64,000 bases of DNA from Bdellovibrionota bacterium (GCA_044347345.1 JBIKUX010000005.1:1-64000), one strand, 5' to 3'; shown: positions 46,837 through 57,948, counted from the first letter of the stretch. The notes: generated by a model from the sequence alone, not told the origin. Translations and numbers: made by a program.

Positions 46837-48732
46837 TTATACTGTTCGAGCAAACCAGTCGGAAAAATTCTTTACCGACAAAGCAACACTTATAGGACGG
46901 CCATGTGGGCAGGCACTAGAGTATTTTATTTCATCAAGAGATTTAGCCAAGGCGTTAATCTCAAGTGTTGATAGTTTATCGCCTCGACGAACACTGGCAT
47001 GACAGGCGAGACGAGATAAAAGCATATCTCGCGCTCTGATTGGCGTATCACTTGCAGAATCTTCAGTAAGTTCTTGGATTGTAGCAGTTACTACAGATGC
47101 TACCGAATCAATAGTCATACCACTGGTAAAAAAAATAGGCGCAATTCCAATTATATTTACAGAGCCGCTAGTAACCTCTATTTCAATACCTACTCTAGCT
47201 AACATACCAGCCATTTCTTGGAGAAGTTTCTCTTCAAAAAGGTCTGGAACTGGTAAAGCAAGCGGTAAAAGCAACCGTTGAGTTGAAGGCTCTTTACCAG
47301 TGTCACGATTTGAATTGAACCTAACCAAAAGTCGGTCAAAATTGACTCTCTCATGAGCGGCATGCGCGTCTAAAATAATACATTGATTATTCCATTCACC
47401 AACAAAGTAGACACCAAGCACTTGCCCAATAAATCTTATATCTTGATATCTAAAAGTCTCACAAAAAGGCATTGGACTGCTATTACTATCAATCTCTAAT
47501 TCTGGTATGCTGGTAACTTGGTTTTCTTGTGGATACTTAAATAATCTCGGCATAGAAGAGGGAAAGCTACCAACAATAGAGCTATCAACAACAGAAATCT
47601 CTGCCCTATAATAATTACTTTTGCCTAGCTCATCTTGAGAGATAAATCCAACAGAACTATCTCTAAAATTTTCGACTCGCCCTGAATCAACATCTCTCCT
47701 CACGATACTAATTGGAGCGCGAAAAGCAGCAAAACCTTCGACCACGGCATCGCGCACAAGAGAGTAAATATCACCGCTGTTAGCAAATCTCACTTCTGCT
47801 TTCTGAGGATGAACATTAATATCAAGTAGAGATGCAGGAAGAGTAATACTTAACATTCCAACCGGTAATTCTCGCTCGCGAAGCGCAGTGCCAAACCCCT
47901 CTCGCGTTGCTCGCACAATACCAGCATCACGAATGAGACGGTTGTTTACCAGAATATACAAAGGAGACGCGATGCTTCGTGCATTTGCAGGGTGACCAAG
48001 AAGTCCAGTGACAGACAAACAATCCCGACTAAGAGAGATGGGCACTAAGGTACCGTGTAAAATATGCCTAGCTCTATCAATAATACTTGAGGCAGGAAAC
48101 ACAGAAAATATCTCCTTACCATCATTTGATAAACAAAACCTCACCGATGGTGCCGTAAGTGAGGTTCCAGTCACCCAATTAAGTATTGCAGAAAGCTCGG
48201 TTCGCTCACTTTTTAAAAATTTACGTCGCACGGGGGTATTAAAGAAGAGATGATGCACAGCCACCGAGCTACCAACTTTAGCGGCAGGAACAGAATCTAC
48301 GGAAATTACCTTTCCACCGTGAATACGTACGACTGTCCCTTCTTTAGTAACAACGGACTTTACTTCTGGCTCTTTCGTCAGCAAATCGCGAGGAGCAGTA
48401 ATAAGCTCTACCCTACTTACCGATGCAATTGCCGCCAAAGCCTCTCCTCTAAAGCCTCGGGTAGATAATAGGAGCAGATCATCAAATTCAGCTATCTTCG
48501 ATGTAGCATGACGCTCAAATGCAAGAACTGCATCATTACGATCCATGCCTATTCCGTCATCTATCACGCGAACTAAGCGAGTGCCTCCCCCTTCTAATGA
48601 GATTAAGACTGTGCTACTGGATGCATCTAAGGAATTATCAACTAATTCTCGAACAATCGAGACCGGGCGTTCTACAACTTCACCTGCTGCAATCTGAGAA
48701 GCTACAATATCGGAGAGAACACGCACTGGCAT
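46837..48732 (-). CDS. mutL: DNA mismatch repair protein MutL
   Basis: QIAAGEVVERP, ELVDNSLDA, RHATSKI, GFRGEAL, NVHPQK.EVRF, DAHAAHER, CPHGRP. Confidence 0.97.
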   Translation of the reverse strand: MPVRVLSDIVASQIAAGEVVERPVSIVRELVDNSLDASSSTVLISLEGGGTRLVRVIDDGIGMDRNDAVLAFERHATSKIAEFDDLLLLSTRGFRGEALAAIASVSRVELITAPRDLLTKEPEVKSVVTKEGTVVRIHGGKVISVDSVPAAKVGSSVAVHHLFFNTPVRRKFLKSERTELSAILNWVTGTSLTAPSVRFCLSNDGKEIFSVFPASSIIDRARHILHGTLVPISLSRDCLSVTGLLGHPANARSIASPLYILVNNRLIRDAGIVRATREGFGTALRERELPVGMLSITLPASLLDINVHPQKAEVRFANSGDIYSLVRDAVVEGFAAFRAPISIVRRDVDSGRVENFRDSSVGFISQDELGKSNYYRAEISVVDSSIVGSFPSSMPRLFKYPQENQVTSIPELEIDSNSSPMPFCETFRYQDIRFIGQVLGVYFVGEWNNQCIILDAHAAHERVNFDRLLVRFNSNRDTGKEPSTQRLLLPLALPVPDLFEEKLLQEMAGMLARVGIEIEVTSGSVNIIGIAPIFFTSGMTIDSVASVVTATIQELTEDSASDTPIRARDMLLSRLACHASVRRGDKLSTLEINALAKSLDEIKYSSACPHGRPISVALSVKNFSDWFARTV

Positions 48733-48762
48733 TGATTGATTCCCTGACTAAGAAAGAGGTGA

Positions 48763-49917
48763 CTACTCAAATTTAGGCATAACCCGCACTTCTCGAGTAG
48801 AACCCCGCTGACCACCACGCTTTAAAGTAAGAGAAATAGACTCACCTCGTGGTGTTTTTAGCACCTGTTCCTCAATCTCCTCTTTGGTTCTAACTATCAC
48901 TCCATTCACTGCGACAACAAGATCGGCATTCTTAAAATCATGCACTACTCCGCGCATAAAAGCCCCACCCACTCGTCTCTCAATAGCACTAATTCCATTA
49001 GTGTCAGCCGGCCCACCCTCTAAAACTCGAAGCACCATTGGACCTTGATTTGTATCAACAAGCACCCAACCAAGGTCTGCTACTCGCACTTTACCAAATT
49101 GGATTAGTTCAGGAAGAATGCGCTTGATTTCATTAATCGGTATCGCAAATCCTATTCCCGCGGAATCACCTGATTGGCTCAAAATAGCCGTGTTTATCCC
49201 AATTAGCGTGCCAGTGATATCAAGGAGAGGGCCACCAGAGTTACCCGGATTGATGGCTGCATCGGTCTGAATTAAGCCCCTAAGAAGAGCTCCCGTCGGA
49301 CTGCGAACAGAGCGTTCCAGACTAGAAACAATACCGGTAGTTAGTGTGTGATGCAGACCAAATGGATTACCGATTGCAAGCACTCTCTGTCCAACTACTA
49401 AACTATTGGAATCACCAAGAGCCACTCCCACCAAATCCTTTGGGATATTAATTAAACGAAGCACTGCAATATCACCGGACCGGTCGTACCCTACAATCTC
49501 GGCTGGATAGTTTTTACCATTGGCGAGAGTCACTTCTATTCGCTGAGCTTCACCGACAACATGAAGGTTTGTCAGAATAATACCGCGACGCGGATCAACA
49601 ATTACTCCCGAACCCGTACCTTGCCTTGGGCGAACATCGAGAAAAATATCGAAGGGATCAATGGCAAGACTTATAGTGGTTATAAATACTACCGATTCTT
49701 TTACCTTGCGATATACTCCAATGGTTCTTATTTCTTCCTCACTTCGATAAGGACCCTCAACCTCTCTAGCGACAGCCGGTCTAATAGAAGAAGACGACAA
49801 GAAAATGCCGAAGCATGTACCCACTAAAACAGAAATAAGTACTAACAGGATTCTAGCTCTAACTGGCCTGTATTCTGAACTAAAGATACTTATATTTTTT
49901 CTTAAGAGTGTCTTCAC
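48763..49917 (-). CDS. HtrA/DegP-family serine protease with PDZ domain
   Basis: GSGVI, TNLHVV, DIAVL, IGNPFGL, QTDAAINPGNSGGP. Confidence 0.93.
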   Translation of the reverse strand: MKTLLRKNISIFSSEYRPVRARILLVLISVLVGTCFGIFLSSSSIRPAVAREVEGPYRSEEEIRTIGVYRKVKESVVFITTISLAIDPFDIFLDVRPRQGTGSGVIVDPRRGIILTNLHVVGEAQRIEVTLANGKNYPAEIVGYDRSGDIAVLRLINIPKDLVGVALGDSNSLVVGQRVLAIGNPFGLHHTLTTGIVSSLERSVRSPTGALLRGLIQTDAAINPGNSGGPLLDITGTLIGINTAILSQSGDSAGIGFAIPINEIKRILPELIQFGKVRVADLGWVLVDTNQGPMVLRVLEGGPADTNGISAIERRVGGAFMRGVVHDFKNADLVVAVNGVIVRTKEEIEEQVLKTPRGESISLTLKRGGQRGSTREVRVMPKFE

Positions 49918-49975
49918 GTTATAACCACTAAGAAATTTTCATAACTACTGGGAAATTGTCCAATAAAATTACCAA

Positions 49976-52276
49976 CTATTCGCGATCAAGATTAAGTGTA
50001 CTCATAAAATGAGTGACTCTTTCAACTTTAGTAACTCCAGATACTTGCTCTATAGCTCGCCGCACTCGCGATAGTTGCCCAGCATCCTTAATATGCAACT
50101 CAAAAGTCACTGTAGCTTTACCTATATTTGACGTCTTACAAGAACAACCAGATATATTCGCGCCTTGGGATGTTATGGCACTACTTAGGCCAGCCAAGAG
50201 CCCAAGCATATCTTGAGCATGTACGGTGAGCCTAACCTTTCTAAGCGCATCAACTTCTTGCTCCCATGTCACCTCAACAAGTCGTAAAGGATCTGACTGA
50301 TGCACCTGCATACAATCAGCATTATGCACGGTTACTCCCCTCCCCCGTGTTATAAAGCCTACAATTCTATCTCCTGGAAGAGGCTCACAACATCGAGCAA
50401 ATCTTACAATAACATCTTCAACACCACTGACTCTGACTCCAACTCGTTTTCGACTAGTGCGCGCCGCTCGTTGAAAAATTCGCTCAAGAGGTGAAACATC
50501 CGACACAAGAGGCGCCGTGATGGGCGAGCCATCCGGCAAAAATCGAGCCAGAACTTTTGATGGAGTAAGCTTGCCGTAACCAAGCTCTGCATACAAATCA
50601 TCTTCAGATTTTAATCCTAGCTCTTTTGCTACCTCTAAAACCTTACCACTCTTTTCAAGTTTTCTAAGGCTGAGCTTAAGCTTACGCATATCTTTAGTTA
50701 AAAGCTCTAAACCCAAAGCTAAAGAACTCGTTCTTTCTTGATGTTTTAAAAAAGCTCGGATCCGTTGCTTAGCTTTTGAGGACTGAACAAATCTTAACCA
50801 ATCTTTACTTGGTATATGCTGCTTAGATGTTAAGATTTCTACCGTATCACCATTTTGAAGTTGATAATCAAGTGGAACGATCTGACCATTTGCTTTAGCA
50901 CCAATGGTTCTATGCCCTACATCAGTGTGTACAGCATAAGCAAAATCAATCGGAGTTGCGTTGTAAGGTAAACGAAAAAGGTCTCCCTTTGGTGTAAAAA
51001 CAAAAACTTCCTCAGGGAATAATTCACTCTTTACCGATTGGATAAATTCATCTGGATTTTTAAGATAAGCTTGACTTTCTACGAGGTCTTTAACCCATCT
51101 TAAATCAAACTCACCCTCAGTTATAGATTCTCCACGCTCTTTATATCGCCAATGTGCGGCTATACCATCTTCTGCAACCCTATGCATTTCAGGTGTGCGA
51201 ATTTGTATCTCAACCCTATGACCTTCAGGCCCTATTACGGTAGTATGTAGCGACTGATACATATTTGGCTTAGGCATTGCGATGTAATCTTTGAATCTAC
51301 CGGGAACAGGGCGCCAAGAAGCATGAATTATCCCCAGCGTTTCGTAACAAGCTCGCACTGTCGGCACAATGATACGGAAACCAAGAAGATCATGAATTTC
51401 ATTAAAGGCGAGGTTTTGCCTCTCCATTTTTTGCCAAACAGAGTATGCATGCTTGACACGCCCCGTTACAGAAGCTGTAATTCCGCTGTTTTCTAGAAAA
51501 CTTGAGATCTTTTCTCCAGTTTGCTTGATGTATTGCTCACGCTCTGGAGCAGTTCGGTCAAACTCAGCGTTAATTGAGCTAAATAATTCAGGGCGAATAT
51601 GAAGAAAACAAAGGTCCTCAAGCTCAGACTTTAACCAGTGAATACCTAGTCTGTTCGCTATCGGAGCGTAAATATCTTTAGTTTCATTTGCTATGCGTAA
51701 TCTTTTTTCGGGAGCGAGCTCTCCTAAAGTTCGCATATTATGTAAACGATCGCATAATTTTACCAGCACAACGCGAATGTCTTTCGCCATTGCTATGAGC
51801 ATTTTTCGGAAACTTTCAGCTTGCTTTACTTCACGCGAAGAGAATTCAATTCTGGTGAGTTTAGTAACACCATCAACTATATGAGCAACATCCTCACCAA
51901 ACCTTGATGCAATATCCTCTCGAGTAACACCCGTATCCTCTATAGTATCATGAAGCAATGCAGCTATAACTGAAGCTGCATCTAATTTTAAGCTACAAAC
52001 TAGCAGCGTTGTCTCCTCAACATGATTAAAAAAAGGCTCACCAGAAACTCGGCGTTGCGGCGAGTGAGCAGCCTTTGCAAAACCATAAGCCTCAATTACA
52101 TGAGGAAGGTCTGGATCTGGATAATATTTTTTTAAAGCCTCACAAATCTGCCCCAACTTTCCGCAATCTGCAGAAGAAACTTCAGAAATAACCGTCTCAA
52201 CGGAACCTAGCTTTTGAAGCTTATAGGCTCGATTGGCTGGACTAATAAAGCTACGGCTACCCTTATCTTTACTCAC
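49976..52276 (-). CDS. spoT: Bifunctional (p)ppGpp synthetase/hydrolase (Rel/SpoT)
   Basis: Hydrolase HD motif LLHDTIED, DRLHNMRT, FKDYIAMPK.NMYQSLHT, TGS and ACT domains; follows rpoZ. Confidence 0.95.
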   Translation of the reverse strand: MSKDKGSRSFISPANRAYKLQKLGSVETVISEVSSADCGKLGQICEALKKYYPDPDLPHVIEAYGFAKAAHSPQRRVSGEPFFNHVEETTLLVCSLKLDAASVIAALLHDTIEDTGVTREDIASRFGEDVAHIVDGVTKLTRIEFSSREVKQAESFRKMLIAMAKDIRVVLVKLCDRLHNMRTLGELAPEKRLRIANETKDIYAPIANRLGIHWLKSELEDLCFLHIRPELFSSINAEFDRTAPEREQYIKQTGEKISSFLENSGITASVTGRVKHAYSVWQKMERQNLAFNEIHDLLGFRIIVPTVRACYETLGIIHASWRPVPGRFKDYIAMPKPNMYQSLHTTVIGPEGHRVEIQIRTPEMHRVAEDGIAAHWRYKERGESITEGEFDLRWVKDLVESQAYLKNPDEFIQSVKSELFPEEVFVFTPKGDLFRLPYNATPIDFAYAVHTDVGHRTIGAKANGQIVPLDYQLQNGDTVEILTSKQHIPSKDWLRFVQSSKAKQRIRAFLKHQERTSSLALGLELLTKDMRKLKLSLRKLEKSGKVLEVAKELGLKSEDDLYAELGYGKLTPSKVLARFLPDGSPITAPLVSDVSPLERIFQRAARTSRKRVGVRVSGVEDVIVRFARCCEPLPGDRIVGFITRGRGVTVHNADCMQVHQSDPLRLVEVTWEQEVDALRKVRLTVHAQDMLGLLAGLSSAITSQGANISGCSCKTSNIGKATVTFELHIKDAGQLSRVRRAIEQVSGVTKVERVTHFMSTLNLDRE

Positions 52277-52331
52277 CTGAATCTACTCATGGCCAAGTTA
52301 ATGGCTCGGTTACTCCTCGAAAAAACTTTTT

Positions 52332-52754
52332 TTAAGCAGCGTTTGGACTAAGTGGCTCAGATAACTCATCTTGAGCTAAGTTATCTCGGGCAACAGAGCT
52401 AGACTGCTCTGTAGTGCTCAGTGTTTTCCCATCAGTCGTTTTCCCGTCAGCGCGAGGATCTACTGAACCTCCACTAACACTCCCTAGTAAAGCATTTGCT
52501 CGGTCTGCTAGAGCTTCTTTTTGTTTTAACGCAGCATCTTCGCTCCTCTTGCGAAGCTCTTCATGAGACATGAGATACACCAAACCATCTGCAATTTCTC
52601 TTAGAGACACAACAACAGCTTTGTTCCCTCTCGCATCAGGGATAAGCACCTTTCCGCCGTGGAGCAACTGTTTGGTACGCTTTGCTGCTAATTGTACAAG
52701 AGCAAAACGATTTCTCTCATGAGCTAGACAATCTTCAACGGTAATTCGCGCCAT
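52332..52754 (-). CDS. rpoZ: RNA polymerase omega subunit
   Basis: [10 protein letters not shown]...NRFALV.LAAKR.KQL...[10 protein letters not shown]; long low-complexity tail. Confidence 0.95.
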   Translation of the reverse strand: MARITVEDCLAHERNRFALVQLAAKRTKQLLHGGKVLIPDARGNKAVVVSLREIADGLVYLMSHEELRKRSEDAALKQKEALADRANALLGSVSGGSVDPRADGKTTDGKTLSTTEQSSSVARDNLAQDELSEPLSPNAA

Positions 52755-52921
52755 ATCTATCCAACAAAGTAATAATAGAAGTCATACCAGATTAGCAAGT
52801 ATCTAACATTTTCGAAAGCCTTTAGTACCTTAAAAGATTGAGAGGGTTTTTCCACCATTTATTTTTGGCAATTATATTAAACAGAAGCTCTAGGGAAACT
52901 AATTAAAAACGATAGCTAATT

Positions 52922-54856
52922 TTAATCGCGCGTAGCGTCTTGGCGCTTGATAAAGCCCGGACGGCCATTCTTTGAGGCAAGCTTTAGCCACTCCCCGTTA
53001 AGTCTCTCTACTCTCACTTTATCCCCGCGCCTCAAAATAGCCACAGGTGCTCCAAACGGTGAGGGCTTAGACATAACTTCAGTCGAGGTGAGGATGCGAT
53101 AAAATCCAGCAGTAGTACCGGTTTTTATCTCTGCTCTGTCAACAGTATCACTGTCACTGGTGTCATTAGACTCATTTCTAGCTAAAGGAAGGCGAATTTC
53201 CGGCGATTGATGCTCTGAACGAGCCACTAACCGAGAAGTATTCTCTCGCCGGTTTATATAAGCGGTTGGAAAACTGCGAGGAGTTACTTTTTTAGTAGCT
53301 TTAAGCCCATCCGGTTCAATTGGTCCGTCAGTTCTAACCTTTTCCTTAATTTTACTTGCCTGCTGAGACTGCTGTAATGGGGTGCTGGTGCTCACCGTAG
53401 CTTCTGGAGGAGCAGAACCAGTCGGTATCGCTTGAGCAACCAATGTTGAATTTACAGGGGCAAGATTAGAGTTACTTACAGTATTTTCTCCGCTGGTGTC
53501 AGAACTGCTTACAGGATTAACCTCAGAGTCGTTTGATGCTAAATTTTCTTGAGGTTTATTCCTATCCTCAGCTACCTCGTAGTAGACCAAATCAAGTGCC
53601 GTATCAAATGAGGCTCTCTTTACGTTAGGAAGAGCTAATTTAGGATTATCTGGCACAAAAACAGTTGCGATAGAAGGAGAAGCCTCAGTTGTGACCGTAA
53701 GCCTCTGCAACCACCACCAAATTCCAATAAAACCGAGAAGCGTTGGTATAGCAAAAAATAGAAGCTTGCCTAATCCTCCTCCCTCAACGCTTCGTCCTCC
53801 TACGCCCCTTTCCGTCACTTCACTTCTTCTAGTTGAGCCGTATTGAATAGCTGGTGTCAATGGACGCCAACTGGCAGCAAGTCTCGCTTGTGTATCATCT
53901 TCATGTGCATCCTCAACAGTCGGAGGTAAAATATTTGTGCTTGGCTCTGCAACCAGTTGAGCTGCGACCGGTTGAGCTGCGACCGGTTGAAACTGGACAT
54001 CATCGCCAATAATTTTGAGTTTTTGAAGTACATCAAACAAATAACTTGGTATTTCATTTTGTGACACAAAACCGCTCAATTTTGCGCTAAGAGCAACAAG
54101 ATTAGAGGGATTTGGCTCTGGTGCTCTGCTTTGATCTTTGGTTAAAAGATCGGCAACCTCCTTGAGAGAGGCAATAACAATTCGTAATACTAGTTCTTCT
54201 CGAGGAGTAGGACTTATCTCCCCTTTTTTAAGGTAAAAATCCTCCGAAGAGAGAGTTTCAGTATCGGGAGCTATAGATGGATCTAAAAGAGCGTTATTAT
54301 GAAGATGGTCTGTTTCAAAATTATCACATAAGGATTTTATTAAATCCTCAGATAGTGACTCCAGTGGCCCTGCTAAGATTGAAATTGGGACACCATTGGT
54401 TAGAAGCTGCGCCCTAATCCACCAACAGCGAGCCTCTTGATTCAGACTAAGAATCTTAAGTCCGGTATTACCGTCAGGTAGCTCTTCACTTAAAGTTACA
54501 CTCTGAGCTTCAATTTGACTTGAAGTTTGTGCGTCATCTTTTAATTCTGGTAAGCTGGTGGGTCTTGGCTCCGGGGCACTACTAAGACTACTTGGCACTT
54601 CTTTAATTGCCATCTCACACCAAGTGATTAGGGAAGACCAATCCTTTCTTATGGCAAATTCAGCTGGTGAGCCAAGGATAATATTGCTAAGTGTATTATT
54701 ATTAAATGCCTTAGCTGGATTTGATTCGTTAGCTTGGGGATGGTTATCAATATCAGAACCATTTGGGATAGAACCAACCCTAATAAGTTCCTCCAAACCT
54801 AAGTCAACCCTACCTCTGTCCTCGTCCCTACCTCTGTCCTCATCGCCATCTATCAT
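52922..54856 (-). CDS. Bitopic membrane protein with C-terminal SH3b-like domain
   Basis: One TM helix (LLFFAIPTLLGFIGIWWWL), disordered linkers, tail V..KPS....VA.L..GDKV.V....GEWLKL....G..GFI. Confidence 0.65.
   Translation of the reverse strand: MIDGDEDRGRDEDRGRVDLGLEELIRVGSIPNGSDIDNHPQANESNPAKAFNNNTLSNIILGSPAEFAIRKDWSSLITWCEMAIKEVPSSLSSAPEPRPTSLPELKDDAQTSSQIEAQSVTLSEELPDGNTGLKILSLNQEARCWWIRAQLLTNGVPISILAGPLESLSEDLIKSLCDNFETDHLHNNALLDPSIAPDTETLSSEDFYLKKGEISPTPREELVLRIVIASLKEVADLLTKDQSRAPEPNPSNLVALSAKLSGFVSQNEIPSYLFDVLQKLKIIGDDVQFQPVAAQPVAAQLVAEPSTNILPPTVEDAHEDDTQARLAASWRPLTPAIQYGSTRRSEVTERGVGGRSVEGGGLGKLLFFAIPTLLGFIGIWWWLQRLTVTTEASPSIATVFVPDNPKLALPNVKRASFDTALDLVYYEVAEDRNKPQENLASNDSEVNPVSSSDTSGENTVSNSNLAPVNSTLVAQAIPTGSAPPEATVSTSTPLQQSQQASKIKEKVRTDGPIEPDGLKATKKVTPRSFPTAYINRRENTSRLVARSEHQSPEIRLPLARNESNDTSDSDTVDRAEIKTGTTAGFYRILTSTEVMSKPSPFGAPVAILRRGDKVRVERLNGEWLKLASKNGRPGFIKRQDATRD
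53956..53990. repeat. 15-bp in-frame tandem duplication (QPVAA x2)
   Basis: GTTGAGCTGCGACCG x2 plus a partial copy. Confidence 0.9.
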
Positions 54857-54898
54857 GACTCCATTACCTCTTCAGTCTTTATTACCTCTACAGTCTTT
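54808..54898. repeat. Two adjacent 18-bp duplications (DEDRGR x2, and a duplicated upstream RBS-containing unit)
   Basis: CCCTACCTCTGTCCTC(G/A)T x2 at 54808-54843; ATTACCTCT(T/A)CAGTCTTT x2 at 54863-54898. Confidence 0.88.
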
Positions 54899-55103
54899 TC
54901 CTCAATCCCTCTGGTAAGTTTTTTTCACAGACTCCCCTTATTTTTTATTTTTATTCTTAAGAGGCGAGTGCTTTCTATAAAAATGGAGGCAATCCCAACA
55001 AATTCAAAACGCTTTAAAGAGATTTTTTACCTTTTGATGTCACCCCAGTTCATCAGCTATACTTTTTTATTTCAAGCAGAATTCATAATAAGTTTATAAT
55101 ATT

Positions 55104-55610
55104 GTGCTTAATAAATATTTTTTCATTTTAATCATCTGCGCTTTAATCATCTGCGCTACATTCCCAAGCTGTACAACGACTGAGGTCATAAGCAGATTGC
55201 CAAACACCAAATCAGATAAATTCGGTACCAATAAGTGGCTCACTGCTTATTCATCAAATAAATTTTCTCGGTCTGTTGGGTTTCAATACCTTTTTGGAAT
55301 AATACCGTTTGGCAAAGTGAATCTCAAAGACCCTTTAGAAGATATTACAATATCAGTACAAGGATTGGGAGCGTTGCCGGACCCATTAAACACCGAGATA
55401 ACACTAAATGCTTTTGATCTATTTTTTACCCGCTCTCTAAGTTGCAAAATTTCAACCGTTCTAATTTGGAAAAATATTCCAAGGCTCGTGCAAGTAAACA
55501 CCTCTCACCAAGAATGGAGTGCCTTTGGATTTTCTCTTGACCTAAGTCGCGCTTGGACCAGATGCTTATGGAATTTGCAAAAAAAAGCTGCTCAAGCCAT
55601 CAAAAGGTGA
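55104..55610 (+). CDS. Putative lipoprotein
   Basis: Hydrophobic signal ending FPSC; VGFQYLFGIIPFG segment. Confidence 0.6.
   Translation: MLNKYFFILIICALIICATFPSCTTTEVISRLPNTKSDKFGTNKWLTAYSSNKFSRSVGFQYLFGIIPFGKVNLKDPLEDITISVQGLGALPDPLNTEITLNAFDLFFTRSLSCKISTVLIWKNIPRLVQVNTSHQEWSAFGFSLDLSRAWTRCLWNLQKKAAQAIKR
55127..55156. repeat. 15-bp in-frame tandem duplication in a signal peptide (LIICA x2)
   Basis: TTTAATCATCTGCGC x2. Confidence 0.9.
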
Positions 55611-55767
55611 ATTTTTCGCTTTGGCTGCCCTAACGAAATACGACCTCTGATTTCGTAGAATTGCACTCTCTTAGAATTGCGCTTTCTAGGGAGCTTCTTA
55701 TATCATTGCAAAAGAAACACCAGCTTTTACATTTGGTTTTCTAACTTTCATTTTTGGGGAATTTCTA

Positions 55768-57795
55768 GTGTCACCATCTTTTAAACTTAATCTTCACATT
55801 TGCCACAAATTAAGGCTTGCCCGGCTTTCTCTCGTGACTACATTCTTCCTCTCGCTAACCATGTCAGTTTTAGCGATTGGAATTTTTAGCTCATGTAAAA
55901 AAGCAGATAAAAGCTCCTCAAAAGATGCCTCAGTTAGTGATCTTAGCTCAAAAAATACATCTACCAATAATGATATAGTCGAAATGTCGGCTTCTAATTT
56001 ACCGGTGGGCGCGATAGCTATTTTAATTACTGATTATACCTCACTTGGTAGCCAAAAATTCTTAAGCAGTCCAAACTACGCCTCGCAAACTAAAGCTTTA
56101 TCACTAGCTCTAGCTGCAGAATCCTCTTCAAAAAAAGCTGAAGAGAGTGACAAGGGTAACGAATCTGATAAATCCAAAAACTCCGCTCTCTCGGACGCTA
56201 TTTTAAAAACTGGTATTTTAGAGTCCCCTTTTGTGATCGGTCGATCTGATAAGTTTCCAACGATTAAACGTAAAGTCTGGTATGCAATAGCCAAGGAAAA
56301 AGGTTCAAAAGATTCATCAACTACTCCTAACTCCGCTGCATCAAATCTTCCAGAAAAGGATAAGTATCCGGATATCGGAGTGGTAGTATATGGTTTAAGC
56401 GAAGACAAAAATAATGGTATAAATTTTATCCAAAATCTTATTACCCAATTCAAAGCACGAGAATTGGCAGACAACGGCGTTACGGTAACATCACTTTCAG
56501 ATGGTTTACCAGATAAGGTAGTTGGAGCTACAATAAGTCTACCTGCAGAAATACTACTTAAAAACTTACCAACAACTACTGAATGGCAATCACAAGATTC
56601 AGAATCTGAGCAAAGTAGTGCTAAAAAATCGGAAAAAACCAAGGAGTCCAAAGAAAAGTATATACCAATCACTTTTCTCAGTAACGGAAGTGTACTTGTA
56701 GCTGGTACGTCTCTTAAAGCCTCTCTCCTTCCCTTTTCGTCAAAAACTGTAGTTACAGATGGTAGCAACTTTCCCCTAATAGCCAACAATCAGGCCTATA
56801 CTGACCTTAAATCGTTGGAAGACGCTCAAACTAGCTCGACTTATGGTGTGGTATTGATTGAGCCTCTAATCTCGTCAGCGACTCAATTTAAAACTACAAC
56901 GGACTCTAAAAATACAAAATTTTCGGTTGCGACTTCTCCAGCTGATACAACCCAAGCTCTTTCTCATCTTACTTTTGTCAGAAGTTACGCCGATAGCTTA
57001 ACTGACCAAGTTGAGCTTAAATTTAGCAAATCTCAACCTTTACTTGCCATAGATACACAAGACCGACCGAGCGAGAAGCTCCTAGAAGGTGGTATTATTG
57101 GTGTAAGTTTTGGCAAAACTATAGTCAGCAAGATAGCACCGCTTCTAAGTATAGCCGTACTTACAGGTCAGATTCCGCTCAATAATGAATTAGTAGCTTT
57201 AGCTAAAGAGTTAGAATCTTTAACGCTTTCACTTCACACTGCAAAACAAGATCAGGCAGGATTAATCCCGTCCGTCATAATCTCAGCCAATGTGGCTAAG
57301 CCCGCAGAAGCTCATAAGCTTTTAGAGAAGGGAATAGTCGCATCTTTGAAGCAAGGCGGTTTACCTCTAGCTGCTTCACCCTTTGAAGATATTAAAGTTG
57401 GCGACATCTCAGCGCGGTCGCTACAGACCCCTTTTGGACTTACCGTTTTATCAGCCAATAATGACAAAGCTATCGTGTTAAGCACTTCCGCTGAGAGCTT
57501 AGCATTAGGCTTTTCTAACCAACGCGATACTTCACAGACTAAATCGGAGAAAGAATCTTTACCTGCTCATTTAGCTTATAAAATTAACTTCCCAGAGCTT
57601 TTATCTACCTTAGAGTCGCTTCAGGGAGGGCTATCCATGCTAACGGGCGGAGAGGAAGAAGGGATTTTTTCCAAAGACCGTCTAAATCAACTTAAATCAT
57701 TAAAAAGTATCGGTTCTCTTGAGGGATTCATATCAAGCAGCGATTCAAGTATTCGTGTTACGCAATTATATTCTACATCAACAACTACACCTTAA
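55768..57795 (+). CDS. Putative large lipoprotein
   Basis: Signal ending IFSSC followed by an S/K-rich tether; 675-aa ORF with no recognised domain. Confidence 0.65.
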   Translation: MSPSFKLNLHICHKLRLARLSLVTTFFLSLTMSVLAIGIFSSCKKADKSSSKDASVSDLSSKNTSTNNDIVEMSASNLPVGAIAILITDYTSLGSQKFLSSPNYASQTKALSLALAAESSSKKAEESDKGNESDKSKNSALSDAILKTGILESPFVIGRSDKFPTIKRKVWYAIAKEKGSKDSSTTPNSAASNLPEKDKYPDIGVVVYGLSEDKNNGINFIQNLITQFKARELADNGVTVTSLSDGLPDKVVGATISLPAEILLKNLPTTTEWQSQDSESEQSSAKKSEKTKESKEKYIPITFLSNGSVLVAGTSLKASLLPFSSKTVVTDGSNFPLIANNQAYTDLKSLEDAQTSSTYGVVLIEPLISSATQFKTTTDSKNTKFSVATSPADTTQALSHLTFVRSYADSLTDQVELKFSKSQPLLAIDTQDRPSEKLLEGGIIGVSFGKTIVSKIAPLLSIAVLTGQIPLNNELVALAKELESLTLSLHTAKQDQAGLIPSVIISANVAKPAEAHKLLEKGIVASLKQGGLPLAASPFEDIKVGDISARSLQTPFGLTVLSANNDKAIVLSTSAESLALGFSNQRDTSQTKSEKESLPAHLAYKINFPELLSTLESLQGGLSMLTGGEEEGIFSKDRLNQLKSLKSIGSLEGFISSSDSSIRVTQLYSTSTTTP

Positions 57796-57948
57796 CTGGT
57801 GGCTATGGTTACGGTAGTTAGGTTTGTGGCTAACTCACTGACATAACTCAGTGACGATGAAACGAATCTGAGATACAGCTCAGTACATCCTTACAGGTAC
57901 CTCGTAATTTTGCTCACTACAATTTTAAAATTGATTGCGGAGGAGAAG

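Noticed and set aside
57830-57900. Hammerhead-like or other structured RNA (TCACTGA/TCAGTGA dyad, GAAAC)
   Set aside because: The CUGAnGA core and stems are not in the required arrangement; only short 5-7 bp hairpins are present.
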